Shown: one piece after another, positions 37,622-47,104 of the stretch
Layout: the number at the start of each line of letters is the position of its first letter
Numbering within the stretch: the first letter of the stretch is position 1
Source: Bordetella parapertussis
GTDB taxonomy: Bacteria > Pseudomonadota > Gammaproteobacteria > Burkholderiales > SG8-41
Assembly (NCBI GenBank): GCA_945906935.1
Contig: CAMDSO010000004.1
Location: 7,427-71,426, forward strand
Reading direction: 5' to 3'
DNA length: 64,000 bases
Made by a program: the position numbers and the translations under genes
Notes under the pieces: generated by a model
Database searches by the model: none
Told to the model about the DNA's origin: nothing
What the model saw: only the letters and a program-made list of their open reading frames with translations

Positions 37622-38809
37622 ATGAAAGAAGAAACCTACGGCGCGTGGAACATCTATGACATGACCGAGCTGGCGCGGCGCCGCCTGCCGAAAGGTTTGT
37701 TCGAGTTCATGCATCGCGGCAACGATGACGAAATCGCGGTGCGTGATAACCGTCTCGCGCTCGACGCCATCAAGCTGCGGCCGCGCGTGTTGCGCGATGT
37801 CTCCAAACGTAATCAGGAAATCACGCTGTTCGGCAAGAAGCAGAAAATGCCGGTGATCGTGGCGCCCACCGGGTCGGTCGGGCTGGCCTGGTATGAGGGC
37901 GAGATCGCGCTGGCGCGTGCCGCCGCCGCCGCGGGCGTGCCTTACACCATGGCCTCGTCGTCGATGACCGCGATTGAAAAAGTCGCCGCTTCAGCACCCG
38001 GCGGCACCCTGTGGTTTCAGTTTTATATGTGGCCCGATCGTTCGCTCTCGCATCAACTGGTGGCGCGCGCGCGCGATGCCGGCGCCGAGGCGTTGATCTT
38101 CACCGTCGATACGCCGGTGGCGCCGGGGCGCGAATACAACCTGCGTAACGGTTTCACCATTCCGTTCCGGTTCACGCGTCGCAACGTGCTTGATGTGCTG
38201 GGCCATCCGCGCTGGCTCTTCGGTGTGTTGGTGCGCTATCTGCTGACCACCGGGGCGCCGCGTTACATGAACTTCCCGCCGCATATGCAGACGCGCGTCG
38301 GCGCGCTGCCGATGGGGCGTTCGGTGCAATCAAACGCCTCGATCAACTGGGATGATGTGCGCGAGCTGCGCAAACTGTGGCCGCGCAAGCTGATCGTCAA
38401 GGGCATACAGCATCCGCAGGACGCGGTGATGGCGGCCGACTGCGGCGCCGATGCGGTGGTGATCTCGAATCACGGCGGTCGTGTGCTCGATAGCACTACC
38501 GCACCGATCCTGATACTGCCCGAGGTGCTTGAGGCGGTGAATAAGCGCCTTACGGTGATCGTTGACTCGGGTTTCCGCCGTGGCAGTGATGTGGTCAAGG
38601 CGCTCGCACTTGGTGCCGATGCGGTGATGCTGGGGCGCGGCCCCTTGCATGGCGCGGCGGTAGCCGGTGAGGCGGGCGGTTTGCGTGCACTGAATATTTA
38701 TCGCGAGGAAATCGACCGTGTGATGGCACTGATCGGCACTAGCAGTATTGCCGAGATCACGCGCGAGCATGTAGTGATGCCGGAGATGAACGGGGCGCTA
38801 CCGGCGTGA
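37622..38809 (+). CDS. FMN-dependent alpha-hydroxy-acid dehydrogenase (LldD/mandelate dehydrogenase-like), cytoplasmic
   Basis: ATG 37622. PVIVAPTG, LWFQFY, VISNHGGR, VIVDSGFRRGSDVVKALALGA. No signal peptide. Confidence 0.88.
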   Translation: MKEETYGAWNIYDMTELARRRLPKGLFEFMHRGNDDEIAVRDNRLALDAIKLRPRVLRDVSKRNQEITLFGKKQKMPVIVAPTGSVGLAWYEGEIALARAAAAAGVPYTMASSSMTAIEKVAASAPGGTLWFQFYMWPDRSLSHQLVARARDAGAEALIFTVDTPVAPGREYNLRNGFTIPFRFTRRNVLDVLGHPRWLFGVLVRYLLTTGAPRYMNFPPHMQTRVGALPMGRSVQSNASINWDDVRELRKLWPRKLIVKGIQHPQDAVMAADCGADAVVISNHGGRVLDSTTAPILILPEVLEAVNKRLTVIVDSGFRRGSDVVKALALGADAVMLGRGPLHGAAVAGEAGGLRALNIYREEIDRVMALIGTSSIAEITREHVVMPEMNGALPA

Positions 38810-38879
38810 TGTTTATCCGGGCGGCAGGCTCATTGCTTGCCGCGCCGGGAGTGTTCAGAGCGTTTGAAGGGATGATGCA

Positions 38880-39884
38880 TTGACTGATATTGCTGGCGTA
38901 ACGGGTCTAACGGACGTGACGGGCAGTAAGGCGTGGCAGGGCGGCCTTCGCTTTATCGGGCTGTTTTTTTTCTGCCATTGTGCCCTTGCACAAAATTATC
39001 CGGTAAAGCCGGTGCGTTATATCATGCCTTCGACCGGCGCCTCTGAGCTCGTCGGCCGCCTGATTGCGCAGGCGATGAGCGAAGTGCTCGGTCAGCAGGT
39101 TTACGTTGATGTGCGGTCGGGGGCCGGCGGCAATCTCGGCGCGGACATTGCCGCGAAAGCGGCACCCGACGGCTACACGTTGTTGCAGATAGCGCAGGCG
39201 CACACCGTCAACGCAAGTTTGTTCAAGAACCTTGGCTATGATCTGCTGCGCGATTTTATTCCGGTCAGCAAAGCGGATATTTCGCCGCTGATGCTGGTGG
39301 TGCATCCCTCGCTGCCAGCGAAGACTGTCGGTGAGTTGGTGAAAATCGCCAAGACCAAACCGGGTGCGATCAACTACGGCTCGGCGGGTGTTGGCACCTC
39401 GACTTATCTTGCCGCCGAGCTGTTCAAGATCATGGCCGGGGTGAATCTGCTTGAAGTTCCTTATCGTGGCGGCGCGCCGGCACAGACGGCGGTTATTGCA
39501 GGCGAGGTCTCAGTATATTTTGCGCCGATTGCCACGGTGCTGCCGTTTGTCAAAGAGCGGCGGCTGCGCGGTCTTGCCGTGGGAACTACAAAGCGCCTGC
39601 CATTGCTGCCAGAACTTCCAACGGTGGCTGAATCGGGGTATCCCGATTACGAAGCGAGCAACTGGCACGGCATCGCTGTGCCGGCGAAAACGCCCAAGGA
39701 AATCATCAATGCACTGCACGCCGCGGTGATCGCTGCGTTGAAGAAACCCGAGATTGCCAGTCGTTTGCTTGAACTCGGACTGACGCCGGTTGGCGACCGC
39801 CCGGAAGAGTTCGCAGCCTTTGTACGCACCGACATCGAGAAGTGGCGCAAGATCGTGCAGCAGAAGGGACTCACCGCCGACTAG
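38880..39884 (+). CDS. Bug/TctC-family substrate-binding protein
   Basis: TTG 38880 follows AAGGGA. AQNYPVKPVRYIMPSTGASE, VDVRSGAGG, APDGYT, VPYRGGAPA, RRLRGLAV. The start is uncertain. Confidence 0.85.
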   Translation: MTDIAGVTGLTDVTGSKAWQGGLRFIGLFFFCHCALAQNYPVKPVRYIMPSTGASELVGRLIAQAMSEVLGQQVYVDVRSGAGGNLGADIAAKAAPDGYTLLQIAQAHTVNASLFKNLGYDLLRDFIPVSKADISPLMLVVHPSLPAKTVGELVKIAKTKPGAINYGSAGVGTSTYLAAELFKIMAGVNLLEVPYRGGAPAQTAVIAGEVSVYFAPIATVLPFVKERRLRGLAVGTTKRLPLLPELPTVAESGYPDYEASNWHGIAVPAKTPKEIINALHAAVIAALKKPEIASRLLELGLTPVGDRPEEFAAFVRTDIEKWRKIVQQKGLTAD

Positions 39885-39903
39885 CGGCGGCGTCCACAAC
39901 ACC

Positions 39904-39998
39904 GTTGGGTGGGTGAGGCGCACAGCGCCGCAACCCACCGTCGGGCGTGTGATTGAGGTTGCATGCGGCGCAATGCGCTGCGCTTATTGCGCCCTACG
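39904..39998. repeat. REP doublet (two GT(A/T)GGG-headed palindromic units in inverted orientation)
   Basis: Unit 1, 39904-39940: GTTGGGTGGGTGAGGCGCACAGCGCCGCAACCCACCG. Unit 2, 39967-39998, is the reverse complement of CGTAGGGCGCAATAAGCGCAGCGCATTGCGCC. Confidence 0.75.
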
Positions 39999-39999
39999 A

Positions 40000-40104
40000 C
40001 TGACGCCGGTGGGCGACCGCCCCGAAGAGTTCGCAGCCTTTCTACGCACCGACATCGAGAAGTGGCGCAAGATCGTGCAGCAGAAAGGCTTGATTGTGGA
40101 GTAA
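40000..40104 (+). pseudogene. Orphan duplicated Bug gene 3' end (35 codons plus its own stop)
   Basis: 40000-40085 matches 39780-39865 at 83/86 nt. It encodes LTPVGDRPEEFAAFLRTDIEKWRKIVQQKGLIVE*. There is no upstream Bug coding sequence, only the REP doublet. Confidence 0.8.
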
Positions 40105-40221
40105 GCACAGAACTTGATCTTCGCATTCCGCAAGTAGCGCAGCGAATCGACGGGTCAACGTCGTCAGCCGGGCGCCGGCATAAGCGGTGCTACTTGCGGA
40201 GCGATAATCAGCTGCTATGCG

Positions 40222-41154
40222 TTACAACGTCAGGGGTAGTTGCGTCTCGTAGGCTTCTTTTGCCTGGCCCACTTCGTTGAGGATGCGGTCGAACTGGCGC
40301 ACCGCCCGCAAGCTGCGCGGCATGCCGGCGTAGATCGTCGAGTGCCACAACACTTCGAGCACCTCGCGCGGCGTCGCACCCAGCATCAGGGCGGCGCGCT
40401 GGTGGTTGTCGCCCTGAATTTGTTCGTCGAGCACCGCACAGGTGCCGACCATGCACAATAGACGCGTCTTGTCGTCGAGGATGCCGCGCACATACATGCC
40501 AGCGTAGATGAAGTCGAGCCACAGCTTGAGATAGTTCTGATCAAGGCGGTCGAACTGGATCACCGTTTCGGCGTGGTGCGTCGGCTGCAGGCGGATGCCG
40601 GTGCTGATGCCTTCCCAGCCGTATTTCTGCATCATCGCTTCGCGCTCGGGGAATTTTGAATCGGGCACGCGCCAGGTCGGGCGTTCCTTCTCCAGCGAGC
40701 GACTCTTGCTGACGCCGTCGAGTGGCAATTGGGTGCTCTTGATTTCCTTCAGGCGACCGGCCTTGGTCAGAATCTTTTTAAAGCCACGCACCGCGCGCGT
40801 GATCTTCGGCGTGCCGAGATACACCGTCATCTGCAACAGCACTTCGAGAATTTCGCGCGGCTTGACCTTGTGCACCAGCGCGCTCTTGATGTGGCTCTCC
40901 ACCACTTCCATTTCGTCCATCGCCACCGCCTGCGAAATCGCCACCAGCAGGCGCACGCGTTCGGTTAGAACGCCGCGGTTGTAGAGGCCGCCGTAGGTGT
41001 ATTCGAGCCACAGTTTGGCGTAATGCGGATCGAGTTCGTCACGCCATTTGAGCATGTCGAGAAAATCGGCCGGATTGAGTTTGAGACCGTTGTTGATCGC
41101 CTTGGCGCCGTATTTCTTTTTCATCTTTGCGACGAGTGGATTGCTTTTTTCCAT
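40222..41154 (-). CDS. Tandem carboxymuconolactone decarboxylase (CMD) domain protein
   Basis: Two CMD-like halves: ERVRLLVAISQAVAMDEMEVVESHIKSAL and KTRLLCMVGTCAVLDEQIQGDNHQRAAL. Confidence 0.75.
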   Translation of the reverse strand: MEKSNPLVAKMKKKYGAKAINNGLKLNPADFLDMLKWRDELDPHYAKLWLEYTYGGLYNRGVLTERVRLLVAISQAVAMDEMEVVESHIKSALVHKVKPREILEVLLQMTVYLGTPKITRAVRGFKKILTKAGRLKEIKSTQLPLDGVSKSRSLEKERPTWRVPDSKFPEREAMMQKYGWEGISTGIRLQPTHHAETVIQFDRLDQNYLKLWLDFIYAGMYVRGILDDKTRLLCMVGTCAVLDEQIQGDNHQRAALMLGATPREVLEVLWHSTIYAGMPRSLRAVRQFDRILNEVGQAKEAYETQLPLTL

Positions 41155-41177
41155 TACTGCCTCCTTAAAAAATTGTT

Positions 41178-42134
41178 TCAGTCTTTGTTCGAAATCTCGT
41201 TGACTTCGGCCACTTCCGCCGCAGTCAGTTCCCAGTCGACTGCGCGGACATTGGCTTCGAGTTGTTCAGGTTTGGTCGCACCCGCAATCACGGTGGCGAT
41301 CACCGGTTGCGCCAGCAACCAGCAGAAGGCCAGATCAAGCAGCGTGCGGTTGCGCGCCACGCAGAAGGCTTCGAGTTTTTCGAGGATGCTCCAGTTGGTG
41401 TCGCTGATGAACATGCCCTGATAGCGCTCGCCCTTGGTGATGCGCGCACCCTCCGGCAACGGTGCGCTGCGTTTGTATTTGCCAGTGAGAAAGCCGCCGG
41501 CCAGAGGGTAATAGGGCAGCAGCTGGGCGCCGTGTTTGAGCATCGCCGGAATCAGATCGAGTTCGGCACCGCGCTTGAGGATGCTGTATTCCGATTCACA
41601 AAAAGTCAGTGGCGTGGTGCCGAGTTGGCGCGCGGTCCATTGCATATCGACGAACGGCCAGCCGACCAGCGTGGAGAAACCGATAAAGCGCACCTTGCCC
41701 TGTTTGACGAGATCATCGAGCGCGCGCATGGTTTCATCAAGCGGCGTCTGGTGGTCGAAGCGATGCATCTGGTAGAGATCGATCCAGTCGGTCTGCAGGC
41801 GCTTCAGGCTCGCCTCCACCGCCTGCATGAGGTAGTGGCGCGAACAGCCCTTCATGTTGCCGTTCTTGTCTTCGGGCGCGTGCATTGGCCCACCGAACTT
41901 GCTGGCGAGAAAAATATCCTTGCGTCGCGGCCCGAGATTTTCACCGAGACAGCTCTCGGAGCCACCACGCTTGCCGTAGACATCGGCGGTGTCCCAGAAG
42001 GTAATGCCCAGATCGAGTGCCTTGTGGATGACCGCACGCGAGGCTTCCGGATCGATGCGCAGGCCGAAGTTATTGCAGCCGAGGCCGAGCGCGGAGACGG
42101 TGACGCCAGTGTTGCCGATGGTGCGTTGTTTCAT
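41178..42134 (-). CDS. Aldo/keto reductase
   Basis: MKQRTIGNTGVTVSALGLGCNNFG, DTADVYG, IDLYQMHRFD, GKVRFIGFS. Classic AKR pattern. Confidence 0.9.
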   Translation of the reverse strand: MKQRTIGNTGVTVSALGLGCNNFGLRIDPEASRAVIHKALDLGITFWDTADVYGKRGGSESCLGENLGPRRKDIFLASKFGGPMHAPEDKNGNMKGCSRHYLMQAVEASLKRLQTDWIDLYQMHRFDHQTPLDETMRALDDLVKQGKVRFIGFSTLVGWPFVDMQWTARQLGTTPLTFCESEYSILKRGAELDLIPAMLKHGAQLLPYYPLAGGFLTGKYKRSAPLPEGARITKGERYQGMFISDTNWSILEKLEAFCVARNRTLLDLAFCWLLAQPVIATVIAGATKPEQLEANVRAVDWELTAAEVAEVNEISNKD

Positions 42135-42340
42135 GGTGTGCTGCCTTTACATGCGTGCTGACAAAACTTCCGCGATTAAACAATAGCCCTTGATGCGAAA
42201 ACAAATTTGTCGCGGCGGACGGGTGGTTGGTGCGGCGTATTATCAGGAGTGTATTGCGCGGTGGACGGTTTTTTCTTCAAGTTTACTGCATTCATCGGTG
42301 CTTCATGGCGTCGTTGTTCCTTTTCCTGTCTGTGCCGTTT

Positions 42341-42400
42341 CGTAGGGTGCGCATTGCGCACCATCCAACGGCGTCACGCGTGCGCGGTGCGCACCCTACG
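42341..42400. repeat. REP doublet forming a 60-bp palindrome (CGTAGGGTGCGCA ... TGCGCACCCTACG)
   Basis: Read directly. The outer 13-nt arms are perfect. Each half carries the GTAGGG head. Confidence 0.75.
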
Positions 42401-42425
42401 TTGCTGGCATGCGAAATGGTTTGTT

Positions 42426-42538
42426 CCCTACCCTCTGCGGCGGGGGAGGGCTAAGTTGGGGGCGCTGGTTGTTAGTGGCGGTCGCGTAAAAAACTGCGCG
42501 CCCCCATCCTGTCCTGCCCCCGCCAGCGGGGGCAGGGA
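42426..42538. repeat. Pair of G-rich hairpin repeats in opposite orientation
   Basis: CCCTACCCTCTGCGGCGGGGGAGGGCTAAGTTGGGGG (42426-42462) and CCCCCATCCTGTCCTGCCCCCGCCAGCGGGGGCAGGGA (42500-42538). Confidence 0.65.
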
Positions 42539-42666
42539 CCTGCTGATCAAGGTCGTCGTCTGCACCGGGCACGATCGAACACCGCCATGGGTGCGCGATG
42601 CGTACACTACGCAGCGGTGCTCTGTTGCGCAGCAGGTGCACGCAACGCAGCAGTTAAAATACCCGC

Positions 42667-44358
42667 ATGACTCCCATTTTCGACACCATCATCGTTGGCG
42701 GTGGCACCGCCGGTTGCGTGATTGCCAGCCGCTTGACCGAACGCTCGGCGCATTCTGTTTTGCTGCTTGAAGCAGGACGTGATGTGCAACCGGGCGCTGA
42801 GCCTGCCGATATCGCCAGCGTGTATCCAGCGTCTTATTTCAATAAAGCGTATTTCTGGAACGGTCTCAAAGGTCATTGGCGCACGCATGCAGACTCCGCG
42901 GCAACCGGGTTCTCGCAGGCGCGTGTGTTCGGCGGCGGTGGTTCGGTGATGGGCATGGTGGCGCTGCGTGGCACGCCCGCCGATTACGATGACTGGGCGC
43001 GCGCCGGTGCCGAAGGCTGGGACTGGAACGGCGTGCTGCCGTATTTTCGCAAGCTCGAAACTGATATCGATTTCGGCGGCGATAGAAACCCTATGCACGG
43101 CGAGCACGGCCCGCTGCCGATCCGTCGCGTCGCGCGTGATCGCTGGCCGCCGCAGGCGCGTGCGGTGGCGGCGTGGGCCGAAGCACGTGGCCTGCCGTTT
43201 ATCGAAGACATGAATGGCGATTTTCGCGATGGCCTCGGTGCGGCGCCGATGTGTCGTCAGGAAAACGGCCGCGCCTCGGCGGCGTTTGTGTATCTCGATG
43301 CGGCTGCACGCCGTCGCACCAATCTGACTGTCGCTGCGGATGCGCAAGTGACGAAGATTCTGTTTGAAGGCAGCCGTGCGGTGGGGGTGAGTGCTGTTGT
43401 TGATGGCGCGGTCAAAGAATTTCGCGCGCGCGAAGTGATCGTCACCTGTGGCGCGATCTTTTCACCGGCGCTGCTATTGCGCTCGGGCATCGGCGATGCG
43501 GCACAGTTGCAGGCGCACGGCATTGCAGTGGTCGCGTCGCGCCGTGGTGTCGGCGCCAATTTGCAGAACCATCCGGTGTTGTTCATCGGCATGCATTTGA
43601 AACGCGCGGCGCGCCAGCCGGCGGTCTTGCGTACGGTGCCGGTGGTAAGTCTGCGTTTCTCGAGTAGGCTGGCCGGTTGTGCGCCCGCTGATTTGTTCGT
43701 CAACGTGCAAAGCAAAACATCCTGGAACGCGCTGGGCCAGCAGATCGGCAACATCGCGCCGACGCTGTTGCGGCCCGCAGCGACCGGTCGTGTCTGGCTG
43801 GCGTCGAATGCGGCGACCGCACTGCCGAAGGTTGAATTTAATTTCCTCGGTGAAGACATCGACATGCAGCGCATGATGATGGCCTTCGACCGCGCGGTTG
43901 AGATGGTCTGCAGCGAACCACTGCGTGCGCTCGGCGGCAAACCCTTCCCGGTACGCTTCACCGACCAGCTGCGGCGCATGAATGAAGTGGGGCGTGGCAA
44001 TGCGGTGAAGGCGAAGCTCATTGCAACCCTGCTCGACGCGGTGCCCGGTCTCAGCGATTTTGCGCTCGGTACACTAACCGGCGAGCGCATCGATTTGCCG
44101 TTGTTGATCAAGGATCGCGAGGCACTCGCCGCACACCTGCGCGAAAACGTCGCCGGCGTGTTTCATCCGGTCGGCACTTGCCGCATGGGGCGGGCCGATG
44201 ACGCCGAGGCGGTATGCGATCACGCCGGGCGGGTTTACGGTGTGGAAGGTTTGCGCGTTGCCGATGCCTCCATCATGCCCAACGTGATGGCGGGCAACAC
44301 CAACCTGCCGGTAATCATGGCCGCAGAAAAAATCGCTGACGCGATTGCGCGGCAATAG
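42667..44358 (+). CDS. GMC family FAD-dependent oxidoreductase (choline dehydrogenase-like)
   Basis: FDTIIVGGGTAGCVIASRLTE (GxGxxG). GGGSVMGMV. C-terminal HPVGTCRMG and VADASIMP. Confidence 0.9.
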   Translation: MTPIFDTIIVGGGTAGCVIASRLTERSAHSVLLLEAGRDVQPGAEPADIASVYPASYFNKAYFWNGLKGHWRTHADSAATGFSQARVFGGGGSVMGMVALRGTPADYDDWARAGAEGWDWNGVLPYFRKLETDIDFGGDRNPMHGEHGPLPIRRVARDRWPPQARAVAAWAEARGLPFIEDMNGDFRDGLGAAPMCRQENGRASAAFVYLDAAARRRTNLTVAADAQVTKILFEGSRAVGVSAVVDGAVKEFRAREVIVTCGAIFSPALLLRSGIGDAAQLQAHGIAVVASRRGVGANLQNHPVLFIGMHLKRAARQPAVLRTVPVVSLRFSSRLAGCAPADLFVNVQSKTSWNALGQQIGNIAPTLLRPAATGRVWLASNAATALPKVEFNFLGEDIDMQRMMMAFDRAVEMVCSEPLRALGGKPFPVRFTDQLRRMNEVGRGNAVKAKLIATLLDAVPGLSDFALGTLTGERIDLPLLIKDREALAAHLRENVAGVFHPVGTCRMGRADDAEAVCDHAGRVYGVEGLRVADASIMPNVMAGNTNLPVIMAAEKIADAIARQ

Positions 44359-44426
44359 CCGGCACGGAAGTTGGCTAGCATCTTCCTTCTCACTTCAACG
44401 GGGAGCGTGGTGGATTTCAGGCGGCT

Positions 44427-44448
44427 GTAGGGGGTGCAGCGCGCACGC
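44427..44448 (+). repeat. Degenerate GTAGGG-headed REP-like unit
   Basis: GTAGGGGGTGCAGCGCGCACGC, followed by palindrome ACGGCGTT-G-AACGCCGT (44452-44468). Confidence 0.45.
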
Positions 44449-44677
44449 ATGACGGCGTTGAACGCCGTACCGAGCTCACCCCGCACGATTGGCCGCAACC
44501 TAATCACCGGTTGGCGCGAGCACAGCGAAACCCGTCTACTTTTCGGTTCGATGGCGCCGCCCCGCAATGTGCGGTAAAAAGCCATTTCCCGGCGTGCAAA
44601 AAAACGGAGCCAACGGTGATTTCCCGCCGACTCCACCCACAAAAAGCCAACGCCATTTTCAGGAGAGGAAGAAGACC

Positions 44678-46153
44678 ATGAACGCAAATATTCTTATCGT
44701 TGCCGCCCGCGCGCTGGCGCTCGCCGGCATCACCTTGATACTGGCAACTCCGGCGCAGGCGCAAAGCACCGCCGTCGAAGCGCTGCAAAAGGCGCGCACG
44801 GTTGAACGCCTTGCCGAGGGCATGGCGGTCGAGAAAAAAGGTGAAGCGCCGGGCTTCGTGCTCGATCCCGCGTGGCCGCAGCCGCTGCCGAACAATTGGG
44901 TGATCGGTGACGTTGGCGGCATTGCCGTCGATAAGCATGACCAGGTCTGGGTGTATCACCGCCCGCGTTCGGTCGGCTCGCAAGATAGCGGCATGCAGGG
45001 CGCGGCCGGCAAAGACGCGAAAGGCAATCCGATTAGCGCGCTCGGTCATCCGCGGCCCAACGGTCAGATCAACGGCTGCTGCGATGCCGCGCCGTCGATC
45101 CTGGTGTTCAACACCGCCGGAAAATTATTGAATGCTTGGGGCGGCCCTGCGGACAAGGATTTTCTGAAAACCAAATGCCGCGAGGCCGACGGCTGCTTCT
45201 GGCCGGCGCGCGAGCACGGCATCTACGTCGATCACAATGATTTTGTTTATATCGCCGGCAATGGTCAGGCGCGCGCGTTCTACGGTCAGTATCCCTGGGC
45301 GCCGAAATTCGGCAACGATTCGCATATTTTGAAATTCAAGGCCGATGGCACCTTCGTCTTTCAGATCGGCACCGCCGGCGCCAAAGGCCCCAACAGCAAC
45401 GATACCAACGGCGGTGTGAACGGCACGCCCGAGCCCTACTGGCCGGCCGACATGGTGGTCGATGCGAAGACCAACCTGATGTACATCGCCGACGGTTACG
45501 GCAACCGCCGCGTGCTGATCGTTGACGCGGGCACCGGCAAATACGTCGGCCACTTCGGCGCTTACGGGCAGAACCCGGTGGTCGGTGAAAACGCCACCGG
45601 TCAGGCCTACGGCGCCTCCTGGCACGATGACTTCAAGGCCGGCAATATGAAACCGAAGTTCTTCCGCAGTCCGCTGCACTGCGCGCGGCTCGCCAACGAC
45701 GGCCTGCTCTACGCCTGCGATCGCGGCAACAACCGCGTGCAGGTTTTCAAGGCGGCTGAAGCGGGTAAGCCCTGTTCTAATGCCGACGGTGAAGTCGGTA
45801 AATGCGGCTTCGTCGGCGAGCTCGCCGTCGCGCCGCAATCGATCGGCGGCACCTCGGGCACGGTCAATTTCTCAACCGATGCCAAACAAAGCTGCATGTA
45901 CGTCGCCGACCTTGTCAACGACGTCATCTACGTCGTCAACCGCCAGAACATGACTGAACTCACGCGCGTCGGCAGCGGTGGCCGTCAGGCTGGCCAGTTC
46001 CATTGGCCGCACGTGGTTGCCAACGATACCAACGGCAATATGTATGTCGGCGAAGTCGATGGCGCAGCGCGTATCCAGCGCTTCCTGCGCTATGGCGCGA
46101 CCGGGTGCAGCGGGACCGGTAGCGCGGAGGTGGGGCGGTATTTGGTGAAGTAA
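44678..46153 (+). CDS. Secreted NHL-repeat / six-bladed beta-propeller protein
   Basis: ATG 44678 after AGGAGAGG, with a signal peptide. Repeated blades: IAVDKHDQVWVYHR, YIADGYGNRRVLIVD, YACDRGNNRVQVFK, YVADLVNDVIYVVN, YVGEVDGAARIQRF. Confidence 0.65.
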   Translation: MNANILIVAARALALAGITLILATPAQAQSTAVEALQKARTVERLAEGMAVEKKGEAPGFVLDPAWPQPLPNNWVIGDVGGIAVDKHDQVWVYHRPRSVGSQDSGMQGAAGKDAKGNPISALGHPRPNGQINGCCDAAPSILVFNTAGKLLNAWGGPADKDFLKTKCREADGCFWPAREHGIYVDHNDFVYIAGNGQARAFYGQYPWAPKFGNDSHILKFKADGTFVFQIGTAGAKGPNSNDTNGGVNGTPEPYWPADMVVDAKTNLMYIADGYGNRRVLIVDAGTGKYVGHFGAYGQNPVVGENATGQAYGASWHDDFKAGNMKPKFFRSPLHCARLANDGLLYACDRGNNRVQVFKAAEAGKPCSNADGEVGKCGFVGELAVAPQSIGGTSGTVNFSTDAKQSCMYVADLVNDVIYVVNRQNMTELTRVGSGGRQAGQFHWPHVVANDTNGNMYVGEVDGAARIQRFLRYGATGCSGTGSAEVGRYLVK

Positions 46154-46183
46154 TCGGTAAGCTCTTCCGTTGTTACCAAATCG

Positions 46184-46219
46184 GGCCAAGCTCAATCATT
46201 CGGCTTGGCCTTTGTATTT
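46184..46219 (+). terminator. Rho-independent terminator candidate
   Basis: GGCCAAGC (46184-46191) pairs with GCTTGGCC (46203-46210). It is followed by TTTGTATTT and lies 30 nt after the NHL gene stop. Confidence 0.55.
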
Positions 46220-46313
46220 CAGGCTGTAGGGCAGGTCGCTGGTTGCACGGTTGTTCGATCAACGCACCTAAATGCCGTGGGCAAAACGGTGCGGTATCTA
46301 CAAAGATAACTTG

Positions 46314-46345
46314 GTAGGGCGTCAATAAGCGAAGCGCATTGCGCC
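46314..46345 (+). repeat. Single REP unit GTAGGGCGTCAATAAGCGAAGCGCATTGCGCC
   Basis: Same architecture as the units at 39967-39998 and 50114-50143. Confidence 0.7.
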
Positions 46346-46431
46346 GAATACTCCGTTTCAACGCGTGTCCTGCAACTTCTCCAAGAAACTCAGGCATCCA
46401 GCGATTGGTCTCGCAATGAGACAATCCCTGT

Positions 46432-47088
46432 ATGCCCTCCACGCCGTACCGCCCGCCCGCGAACCTTGGGCTGGACATCCTCCATCTCTCGCCTCAACTG
46501 ATCGTCGTCAACAAACCGAGCGGCTTGTTGAGCGTGCCCGGCCGGGGTGCTGACAAGGAAGACAGTCTGTCGCGCCGCGTGCAAGCCGAATATCCCGACG
46601 CCTTGATCGTACATCGGCTCGACATGGGCACCTCGGGCATCGTCGTCATGGCGCGCAGCGCCGACGCGCATCGAGAACTGGGCGCCATGTTTGAAGAGCG
46701 CCGCGTCAGCAAGCGTTATCAAGCACTGGTCGATGGATGCTGGTTGGCCGCAGCAGCGGGAGAGATCGCGCTACCCATGACCGTCAAAGGGCCGAAGCAG
46801 AAGGTCGATTACGCCACCGGTCGGCCGAGCCTGACGCGCTATCGCGTCATCGACATCGACACGGCGTGTGCGGTGTCACGCCTCGAGCTTGAACCTGTCA
46901 CCGGACGTTCGCATCAGTTGCGCGTGCACATGGAGGCGATGGGGCATCCCATCATTGGCGACGATTTCTACGGCACACCGGAATCTTGTGCGAAGGCGGA
47001 GCGGTTGATGCTGCATGCCTGCCGGATTGAATTGTGCGAACCCGGTAGCAGAATACCGCTGTGTGTGGAGTGTTCGGCGCCGTTTTGA
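46432..47088 (+). CDS. rluA: RluA-family pseudouridine synthase
   Basis: VVNKPSGLLSVPGR, HRLDMGTSGIVVMA (catalytic Asp motif), TGRSHQLRVHM. The 218 aa length and the overall order match my recollection of E. coli RluA. Confidence 0.85.
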   Translation: MPSTPYRPPANLGLDILHLSPQLIVVNKPSGLLSVPGRGADKEDSLSRRVQAEYPDALIVHRLDMGTSGIVVMARSADAHRELGAMFEERRVSKRYQALVDGCWLAAAAGEIALPMTVKGPKQKVDYATGRPSLTRYRVIDIDTACAVSRLELEPVTGRSHQLRVHMEAMGHPIIGDDFYGTPESCAKAERLMLHACRIELCEPGSRIPLCVECSAPF

Positions 47089-47104
47089 AGGCGGCGCGCT
47101 CCCA

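Noticed and set aside
39790-40104. ORF 39790-40104 (104 aa) as a real gene.
   Set aside because: It begins out of frame inside the Bug gene end, crosses the REP doublet, and only becomes Bug-like in the duplicated 3' segment. It is a chimeric artefact of the duplication.
42207-42770. ORFs lying in repeat-rich intergenic regions: 42207-42770, 42227-42454, 48465-49013, 48401-48736, 50027-50416, 46173-46478(-), 17340-17747.
   Set aside because: They translate REP and G-rich hairpin repeats, or an AT-rich spacer. They have low-complexity or Cys/Arg-rich composition and no motifs.
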